A DNA stretch of 64,000 nt from positions 43,710,001-43,774,000 of the forward strand of contig NC_043015.1 of assembly GCF_006345805.1 (NCBI RefSeq), given 5' to 3'. The position numbers and the translations under genes were made by a program. The notes under the pieces were generated by a model that worked only from the letters and a program-made list of their open reading frames with translations, had not been told where the DNA came from and searched no databases. The stretch comes from Octopus sinensis. Its lineage: Eukaryota. Shown piece by piece: positions 54,524 to 64,000 of this stretch (position 1 is the first letter of the stretch; each line of letters starts with the position of its first letter).

Positions 54524-55021
54524 GTATGTATATATACATATATATGTATATATATATGTGTGTATGTATGTATGTACACACTCACACATATATATGTATG
54601 TATATAAATCTACATCCGAACATGATTTGAACTGGAGCCTTTTAAATCCATCTTGTATTCTTTTTGTTTAAATGCTCAAGTAATACATACCTACACACAT
54701 ACATACATACATAAACACACACACTCACACACGCGCACATACTTGTTTTCTAGATATCCATCCACATTTTACTCTAATACCTCTATTCTCATTCTCCACC
54801 GTTTTCAAATGATTGGTTTCGTCACAGAACTGATACATTCTCACCGGTTTCGCTACTCAAGTATTTGTGATTTTTTTTTATTTGTTGGATTCACCTTATT
54901 AATCCTAATTCCCTCCCGGATTAATTTAGATCGTTAATCATCGTAGCTGTCTTCACTGCATTTCTCAAAAGCAGTTCTGTTGTGACTAATATTTGTCTTG
55001 TTACAACCACGACAACAATAA

Positions 55022-55089
<68 letters not shown>

Positions 55090-55090
<1 letters not shown>

Positions 55091-55394
55091 CGTCGGTTAC
55101 GACGACGAGGGTCCCAGTTGATACGCTCAACGGAACAGCTTGCTTGCTTGGGAAATATACGTACAAGTGGCTGAGTAATCCACAGACACGTAGTTCTCGG
55201 AGAGATTGAGCATGACACAGAATGTGACAAGGCTGGCCCCTTTGAATTACAGGTACAACTCATTTTTGCCAGCTGAGTGGACTGGAGCAACGTGAAATAA
55301 AGAGAATCTTGCTCAAGGCGACAACGCATCGCCGGGAATTGAACTCATGACCATACGATCGTGAGACGAATGGCCGAACCACTAAGCCACGCAC
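55090..55394 (-). mobile_element. tRNA-derived SINE family D
   Basis: Minus-strand head gtggcttagtggtt..gagttcaattcccgg, CORE-like ccttgagcaag; homologous to 62431-62743. Confidence 0.8.
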
Positions 55395-55402
55395 ATTCAC
55401 TA

Positions 55403-55457
<55 letters not shown>

Positions 55458-55464
55458 GTACTAG

Positions 55465-55506
<42 letters not shown>

Positions 55507-55513
55507 CACCACC

Positions 55514-55557
<44 letters not shown>

Positions 55558-55559
55558 CA

Positions 55560-55599
55560 CCACCACCACTACTACTACTATTACTACTACTACTACTAC

Positions 55600-55639
<40 letters not shown>

Positions 55640-55890
55640 TCCATTTTACTTCTCATAGAGCTCTCGATTTTACTTACCCTGGTTAATTCTGTAAGACCAG
55701 AACAGCAGCCATTTGTCAAAGGTCTCACAGGGTCGCTTTCCACGATACTTTCCACCCAAGAACCAATCCCAATTTTTCGGTCTCCCCGATAAACCATTTT
55801 GTGAACATGTTCCACCACCACCACCACCACCACCACCACCACCACCACCACCACCACCACTACTACTACTATTACTACTACTACTACTAC

Positions 55891-55930
<40 letters not shown>

Positions 55931-56160
55931 TCCATTTTACTTCTCATAGAGCTCTCGATTTTACTTACCCTGGTTAATTCTGTAAGACCAGAACAGCAGC
56001 CATTTGTCAAAGGTCTCACAGGGTCGCTTTCCACGATACTTTCCACCCAAGAACCAATCCCAAATTTTTCGGTCTCCCCGATAAACCAATTTTGTGAACA
56101 TGTTCCACCACCACCACCACCACCACCACCACCACCACCACCAACACCACCACCACCACC
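55560..56160. repeat. ~291-bp tandem duplication bounded by trinucleotide microsatellites
   Basis: Unique cores at 55640-55812 and 55931-56104 differ only by two single-A indels. Confidence 0.92.
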
Positions 56161-56443
56161 ATAGCCACCACCACCGCCGCCGCTGCCACTCTTCCAAAAT
56201 CTCTTTATCTCTTTGATATTTCCCATTTCTTTCAATTTCCTTTGGTATTCAACCTGTGATCGTATGATATTCAAAATCTTACAGTGTTTAGAGCTTTGGT
56301 TTATTCAACGTATCTTTATGTGCTGCTCAGTCAATAGTGATCTTGTAGCGGTTGAGTTATTCCTACTGACAATAGTGAAGCCCATGCGTTTTCGAGAAAT
56401 GGACGTTTCCTCTTCTGCGACTTCCAAAACCTTACTTATCTTT

Positions 56444-56790
56444 GTGGAGGCGCAATGGCACAGTGGATAGGGCAGCGGACTCGCTGTCGAAGGATCGCGG
56501 TTTCGATTTCCAAACCGGGAGTTGTGAGTGTTTATTGAGCAAAAACACCTAAAGCTCCACATGGCTCCGGCACGGGGTGATAGCGAACCCTGCTGTATTC
56601 TTTCACCACAACTTTCTCTCTCTCTTTCTTCCTGTTTCTGTTGTACCTGTATTTCAAAGGTCCAGACTTGTCACACTCTGTGTCATGCTGAATCTCCCCA
56701 AGAACTACATTAAGGGTACACATGTCTGTGGAGTGCTCAGCCACTTGCGCGTTAATTTCACGAGCAGGCTGTTCCGTTGATATAAGATCG
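56444..56790 (+). mobile_element. tRNA-derived SINE family C
   Basis: gtggaggcgcaatggcacagtggatagggcagcggactcg...ggtttcgatttcc tRNA-like head; 3' half shared with family D. Confidence 0.82.
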
Positions 56791-56819
56791 CCATATCTCG
56801 CACATATAGTTGTGATGCA

Positions 56820-57133
56820 TAATATAGAAAGGATGTAGTTATCAGAGATCACGACGAAAAAGACGTCTTCTAATCGATCTACCAATACCAAAAAAGACAG
56901 CGTTTCTCTAAAAGAAACGGAGAAACGTTCAAAATACAAAGATCTGGAAACAGAGGCAACTCGAATGGGGAGCCTAGAAACAGAAACAATTCCTATAATA
57001 GTTGGCACATTAGGTATGAGAAAAACTATAGACAAATACATAACCGAAGTAGCAGGACTTACAAGTGTATACTCAAGGCACACAGGGCTGCGCTCGATAG
57101 TGCAGTGAAAGCACGTGATAAAAATAAGACTAT

Positions 57134-57136
<3 letters not shown>
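56820..57136 (+). mobile_element. 5'-truncated R4/Dong-like LINE fragment
   Basis: VSLKETEKRSKYKDLETEATRMGSLETETIPIIVGTLG; 3' UTR matches 57780-57862; ends in (TAA)n. Confidence 0.85.
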
Positions 57137-57185
<49 letters not shown>

Positions 57186-57202
57186 TAATAATAATAATAA
57201 TA

Positions 57203-57857
57203 CATGGAGATGGACAAGAAACAATGAATCATATTATCTCTGGCTGCCCAGTCCTGGCTAAGAAGGAATATATTCACGGGCACGACAGAGTTGGGACCTA
57301 CATACACTGGAAGCTATGCCAACATTATGGAATAACAACAGAAAAAAGATGGTATATGCACACACCAGAAAAGGTCACAGAAAACGAGAAAGCAACCATA
57401 CTCTGTGATATGCCAATACACACAGATAGAGAAATTAAGGCCAACAGGCCAGATATAGTTGTCAGAGATGATGTAGAAAATAAATGCTTTCTAATTGATG
57501 TATCAATAGCAGCAGATGACAACGTGTCTCTAAAAGAAATGGAGAAACTTTCAAAATACAAAGACCTGGAAATAGAGGTAACTAGAATGTGGAATCTAAA
57601 AACAGAAACAATTCCTATCATAGTAGGTACATTAGGCATGATAAAAAAATATTCAGACAAATACATAGCAAAAACACCAGTACTTACAAACACATATAAC
57701 ATACAGAAAATTGCACTACTAGGCACTGCACACATCCTACGCAGAAAACTTTCCATACAATAACCATCAGAGCATCACAACAAATCACAACACGTACCCA
57801 AGGCACACAGAGCTGCGCTCGGTAGTGAAGTGAAAGCACGCTATAAAAATAAAACTA

Positions 57858-57862
<5 letters not shown>
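57203..57862 (+). mobile_element. 5'-truncated R4/Dong-like LINE (CCHC remnant plus RLE endonuclease, open frame)
   Basis: ORF to 57763: ETMNHIISGCPVLA..HDRVGTYIHWKLC..ANRPDIVV..LIDVS..KEMEKLSKYKDLEIEV; (TAA)n on both sides. Confidence 0.92.
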
Positions 57863-57943
<81 letters not shown>

Positions 57944-58105
57944 CAATAATAACAACAGCAACAACATCGATCTTAGTAATGGCGTATTTATCATCATAAT
58001 CACCAGCATCGTTATAGCCAAGATCAATACAATACTCAACATCATTAAATATATCGCGTGTCTATCTTAGTTATAATAGTTATTGACGAAAACAATGTTC
58101 AACCT

Positions 58106-58346
58106 TTAGATTAGTTCAAATATGTTTCTGGCATAGTTTAACATCTACAGGCAATTTCACTGCAGTTTACCGTGGAGAAAAAAAATACTCCCCTATGTTA
58201 AAGGTGTAAAGACTTTGAGCTGAGCTGATAATGGTATATTTACACCTTTTAACTTAAGCGAGAATATTTTCTCTACGGTAAACTGTAGTGAAATTGCCTT
58301 TAGATGTTAAAATATTACACAAACCTATTTGAATTGATTGACCTAA
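58106..58346. mobile_element. Foldback/MITE-like inverted repeat
   Basis: 58137-58181 versus the reverse complement of 58267-58312 has ~3 mismatches; inner arms ttaaaggtgtaaa/tttacaccttttaa; weaker outer arms. Confidence 0.8.
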
Positions 58347-59179
58347 CGTTTGTTAATTCCCCATCACTGCTTCGTGGTTATATTTTGTAAATACAATGAC
58401 CATGATAATATACTTAGTAATTATTACTAAAACAGCATAACAAGTACACTTATTAATAGTGTTAGAAGCCATTAGCATTATTGTATATTTATATTTGTAT
58501 CCTTTTTGTATTATTGTCTGTATATTTTTATTGTTTTACCCTTCGTTTGTCTATGTATTTCCCTTCTTTCCATTTCTTCCCCAGGTACCAACCAACCTCG
58601 TTTTGCTCACCTTCTAACGCTACTTATATTTCAGTGCACTAACGAAAATATATAGTCTAAATAATATTGACATTAGAACATTATTTGTCTTAATTTCCCC
58701 TCCGTCATTCCTCATAATTCACAAAACAATTTGAAACACCCTTAAAACAAATCACATGTAACATGTGACCAGCGTTGTAAAATACCACTAACCGTCGTGC
58801 TGTGTCCACCATTTTCATTTTTCCATTTCCCGTCTTTGTCCTTTTACATCTAAGTCGCTCAAGTCCTTGAAAAAAAAAATCATGAACGTCACAAAACCTC
58901 ATATCATATCCTATCGTACCATTTACAAATTTGAGGGCACTTCTTCCTCACCGTTTCTTTTTCTAGAAATTTCTGTTAAAAATTAATATAAAAAAAAGCG
59001 AATATGTACGATTTGTTGTAACAATTTATGAGCAAATAAATTTCAAGAAATAAAAGTCTTGTTTATAGTTTTACAATTTATTTATTGCGATTTCGGATTC
59101 TGTTAACGGTCAAGATGTACTTGCAATTCTTTCAGGTTGATTATATAAAGTGCCTGCAGAATAATGGTATCGGTATTCT

Positions 59180-59525
59180 CTTTTACTCTCTACTGCTTGT
59201 TTCAGTCATTTGACTGTGGCCATGCTGGGGCACCGCCTTTAGTCGAGCAAATCGACTCCAGGACTTGTTCTTTGTAAGCCTAGTACTTATTCTATCGGTC
59301 TCTTTTGACGAACACTCTAAGTTACGGGGACGTAAATACACCAGCATCGGTTGTGAAGCGATGTTGGGAGGGACAAACACAGACACACATACAAGCACAC
59401 ACACTATATATACATATATACGACGGGCTTCTTTCAGTTTCCGTCTACCAAATACGGCTTTGGTCGGCCCGAGGCTATAGACTTGCCCAAGGTGCCACGC
59501 AGTGGGACTGAACCTGGAACCACCG
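59180..59525 (-). mobile_element. Family B SINE (5'-truncated)
   Basis: Reverse-complement match. Confidence 0.82.
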
Positions 59526-61769
59526 TCAATACAATGGAATTTTATGAAGAAAAGAATCGTTGAAAACGCTCAAAAATATACCGCAGTATTTAGTTTCAGA
59601 TTTTGGCTTCCAGAATTTAGACCCTGTCAAGGTTAATTCTGCCTTCGTCCTTTCAGGTTTTTTATTCTTGCGTCCTTGGATTCACGGGGCCTGCAACTCG
59701 GTTTCCATGCCGTACAAACAACCGAGATCATAACCGAGGTCATTTACCGGGTTAAAGACATGTAATTTTTAAGGGAACGGAAGAAGGCCATTATGTCAAT
59801 TGCATTACTTGGTTGGTAATGTTTGATCCCGGCAGGATCTAAACCCAAAACGTAAAGAACAGAAAGAAATGCCGCCAATTATTTCGTCCTATGAGTAAAC
59901 CCACCCCTGTCAGCCCACCCTGACATACATTCGCGTCTATTTAGAATCGCTAAAATAAAATAACAGTCAAGCTTTAAGTCTATTTAATCCTTCCAAATAT
60001 TTGGCTTCGTATGTCTAAGAAATTATTACGGTTGTGTAATAGAGAACCGGTAGAGCGGCGAACAAAATGCCTTGTAATATTTACTTACATCCATTTCTAC
60101 TCTGAATTCAAATTCTGAGACGTTCGACTTTGTTGCCTGTCATCATTCTGAGGTCGAACAAATAATGTTTCGGTACAGCTTAGGTATTGATGTACAAATC
60201 TGTGTTCTTTTGTCTTAACCAGATATTAGGAAGCAAAAATCATCTAACAACTTGAGGAAGAGGTTTGGTCGAGTAACCGGTTCCAATGAAGCATTGGGTG
60301 TTATCCGTTACTCGATTACACACCTTCCTCAATGTGAGCTATTATCAATTAAAATATCCGTTCATGCATCAGGCTGCGTTAAAAACCTGATATGAAAGGG
60401 AGACGAAAAGTCGTCCCATGAGAGCCAGATGTATGTCAGCCCTTTAGCTCCTTTTCAACCGGTGATATACTGAGACGGGAATTAGTTTTGACCGTTATAG
60501 GAAACAAGTAATAAAACATTCACTGATGTTGCAAATAGCCACTAAGTTGAATAGAAATTCGGCATTTGCAATTGATGGAATATCTAAATGTATATTATGA
60601 AATATCTAAATGTATATTAACCATTTGCCATAGGGCCTCCAAGATCTGACACTGAAAGCTTGCCACCGAGTGAACTGCTAAAGGCATTTAAGGACCATAG
60701 CGGGATTTGAACTCAGAACACAGAGAACCAAAACAAATACCACAGAGTAACCAACAGACGCTCCTATGATTCCGCTAGTCTATTACTTTAGACTGAGACA
60801 TTATATATCAACGCCAGTAGGAAGACAGGGAAAGTTGACTTCCATAAGGATTGAACACAGAATGCAAGAAGCTGGGATAATTTATATCGCAGGTAAATTC
60901 GTCCATTGTTCAAATGAATCTGTCAGTTCACCAATTTGAGATTGGAAAATACGATAATCGCTAGAATAATGGACTAAGTTGACTCGAGATATTGAAGTTA
61001 CGTATCTAAGATGGCGGAGACACCCAGAAGGCAACATTAATTTGCGCTGATTCAAATTGTAAATTGCATAGAGATGCCACGATAAAGAATATCTTTCTAA
61101 TGTTAATTGCCGCCCATATTTTGTAAATTACATTCGCTGTTCGTTTGAGAGTTTATTTACACCGTTCACTGATGTAATTCGATTTGATGCACAAAGCCAT
61201 GACGACTTGCAATTATGATGCATCCCTACATTCCATCGAATTATAACAAGTGCTATTTTCTGTATCTGGTAACTATTTTTATTCTTTGAATCGTATATAC
61301 AGCGTGCCTCATAAAGATAGGACACATCTTATTCGCAATATTGGTAATTTATTTGTAATAAATATGCTTGTTTCAGTTCCAGTTGTGTCTATAATGTAAA
61401 TGATATCCCATCATTATGAGACACCATGCGCAGAACACGTTTCTTAGCTTGAAATATTTATATATCGCAAATTACTCCACCTAACTCCACCAAGTCATGC
61501 AGCTCGACTATTAGGCTTTTGCATTGTAGTTCACTGCAATCAAATTTGGGCGTGGAGATAAAATCTGGTTATTGACTATTTCAAACTTGCTATATTTGCA
61601 TCATTCTTCTTTCTTTTAATTGGAGAGTTGTATCGGAAGTAATGCAGAAAGCAACGCTGTTTATTAACTGTTCAAAGTCGTTCAAATTACATTTGTTGGT
61701 CGAGTAAATCTTCCTGTTCGTCATTGCAAGCAAATAATCGGTTCTTAGCGGAAAGAAATTATTGAGTTT

Positions 61770-61905
61770 TTTAAGAAGAGGAAACAAGCACTGAACATAC
61801 CACGCAGTGGTAGAAATCAACTGGAATCACTAACACGAATTATCAGCGAATGGACAAACTGATTCGCGCGGACAGACGAGTCACGATCCGTGAGCTTTTT
61901 GCTCT
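61770..61905 (+). mobile_element. Mariner transposase HTH remnant
   Basis: ..PRSGR.ST.IT....QRMDKLIRADRRVTIRE resembles the mariner PRSGRP...LI..DRR.TIRE motif. Confidence 0.65.
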
Positions 61906-62430
61906 GATTAAAACGGTGGAAATATTTGGGCTACTGCAAAGTTCTTGGCTTTGGATAAAAGAAAATACAAAAGAATCACTTAATTACGATTTTAGCCAAC
62001 ATATTCTCCTCTCAAATTTACACACTTTTTTTCAGCAGTCTTTCAGTTTTTCTGAGGCCCGTAAAAGAATCAGTAGGCTGGGCCTCTAAGCAGGCATTTC
62101 GGGATACTCTTAAAGCCAGGACCTCTTCGTATGTGCAAAGCGTGGACACAGTGCACAGTGTGGAAGTCGATACCCGAGTTGAACGACCGAAAGGTGGGAC
62201 ATTAGTCTGGTCTACTGGAAGGTTTCGATGCCAATGCAGATATGTTTTTCATTTCTTCCGATCTGCTGACAGGAGATGCAACGTGGAAGAATATTTTTGA
62301 TGCGAAATCCAACGCTCAGTTGTGATGAAGGTAACAGATTTCATATATGGACATGTAGCGACATGATTTTCTAGGATAAGAAGGCCGATGTATGGCATTA
62401 ACAAAATATATATATAAGTATATGATGTCT

Positions 62431-62743
62431 TGGTCCTGCGTTGGTTACGACGATGAGTGTTCGGGTTGAGGCGATCAAACGAACATGTGGTTTTAACCTG
62501 CAAGTAGCTGAGCACTCCTCAGACACCCGTATTTTAAACGTAGTTCTCAGGGAGATTCAACGTCTTACGGAATGTGACAAGGCTGGCCCTTTTGAATTAC
62601 TGGAACAATTCATTTTTACCAGCTGAGTGGACTGGAACAACGCAAAATAAAGTGTCTTGCTCAAGGACACAACGTGTTGCCAGGAATTGAACTGAAGATC
62701 TTAGGATCGTGAGCCGAGTACCCTAACTATTAAGCCACGCGCC
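62431..62743 (-). mobile_element. SINE family D
   Basis: Homologous to 55090-55394. Confidence 0.8.
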
Positions 62744-62799
62744 ATTATATAAATATATAAATATATAAATGAACGACAAAAACAAAAGCAAAAAGAAAA

Positions 62800-63612
62800 C
62801 AAAACAATGAAACAAGCGCAGGCATTGTTATGTCGTTCTGACTGGATACAAAGTGTAAATTTGTTAGACGGAAACTGTATGGAAGCCCGTCGTATATGTG
62901 TGTGTGATTTTGCGTTTGTGTATAAACCTTAATTGTTTGATAACATGTGTTGGTTTGTTTACGTTCCGCCTTATTTCGGCGGAAGAGATAAATAAAATAT
63001 ATATGATACACGAAAAATATAGAAAAGAAAAAATAGCAAAAATACTGGGGTCGAATTTGTTTTACTATAACTCTTTCGATGCGATGCTCCAGCATGGCCA
63101 CAGTCCTGGACCAAAACAAGTAAAAGATAAAAAACATAATAAATAAACATAGGCGCAGGTGTGGCTGCGTGGTAAGAAGCTTGTTTCCTAACCACATGGT
63201 TTCGGGTTCAGTCTCAGTGCGTGGCAACTTGGGCAAGTGTCTTCTACTATAGTCTCAGGCCGACCAAAGCCTTGTAAGTGGATTTGGTAGGCGGAAACTT
63301 AAAAAATCCTGTCGTATATATATATTATTATATATAGTTATATATATATATATATATACACATATATATGTATGTATATATATTTATATGTGTGTGTCTT
63401 TGTGCCTTTGTCCCACAATCCCCACCACCATCACCACCACTTGACAACCCGTGTTGGTCTGTTTGCGTCCCCGTAACTAAGCGGTTCGGCTATAAAGGCC
63501 GATAGATTAAGTACTAAAAAATGAGTTCTGGGGCCGATTCATTCGACTAAAAATTCAAGACGGTGCTCCAGCATGGGCGCAGTCAAACGACTGTAACAAG
63601 TAAAAGATGAAA
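62800..63612 (+). mobile_element. Two head-to-tail family B SINEs (degenerate 62800-63135; fuller 63149-63612)
   Basis: Both show ggaaactg..gaagcccgtcg, ctccagcatgg and acaagtaaaaga motifs. Confidence 0.78.
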
Positions 63613-64000
63613 AATAAGATAAACTAGACTAACCCTGAGCTGAGTTCAGAAACCAGCCAGATCCAATAATGTCCGTGTGCCTAAGTATAAAATAGTTATA
63701 TTTTTCTGATATTCAATATTTACTTATATCCGTTTGTATTTTGCTACAAATTTTCCAGAAAAATCAATAAGTATACATGTGTTGGAATACAGACAGCAAA
63801 TCTTCTTTTATCTGATGCCAAGTGGTTAAGTGGAAATGAAGAGATTGGTTGGTACTTTGTCTTCGGCTGTCACAAGTTGTACGGAGTTTTATTAAATGTT
63901 TTCCTCAAGTTTCAAATGTTAAATAGCATGTATTTAAGTCTTTACTTGTCGTGTGTTTCACAGGAAGTACGTATGTGATACATATGTGGTATATGCTGCA

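Noticed and set aside
62045-62245. GC-richer island with GAGGCCC/GGGCCTC and ACC-GAAA-GGT hairpins
   Set aside because: It does not fit the hammerhead, HDV, twister or pistol cores I can check by eye, and the open frames are unrecognisable.

Overview
AT-rich, microsatellite-dense eukaryotic DNA. The SINE repertoire points to a cephalopod, probably Octopus (inference). There is one 100-N gap at 798-897. The only host gene found is the 3' part of a + strand class A neuropeptide-type GPCR, in four phase-consistent exons (5216-5339, 29584-29786, 37051-37174, 41385-41924); the TM1-3 exons were not found and probably lie upstream of the window. The introns and flanks hold a near-complete Penelope-like retroelement (PLE; RT plus GIY-YIG, ~600-bp direct pLTRs, 17571-22696), R4/Dong-type LINE fragments at (TAA)n tracts, a CR1 3' end, several tRNA-derived SINE families, mariner, Tigger and hAT MITEs, Helitron/Helentron-type elements and foldback repeats. 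The main finding is a set of minimal type I hammerhead ribozyme (HHR) motifs. A 363-bp tandem, highly structured, non-coding repeat (25365-25987) carries two complete HHRs with a U3-A8 variant core and looks like a retrozyme that could release a 363-nt circularisable RNA. The same variant core occurs in both pLTRs of the neighbouring PLE, inside a predicted PLE intron. Two further dispersed HHR-like repeat families are present. All structures were folded by eye; no searches or computations were run.
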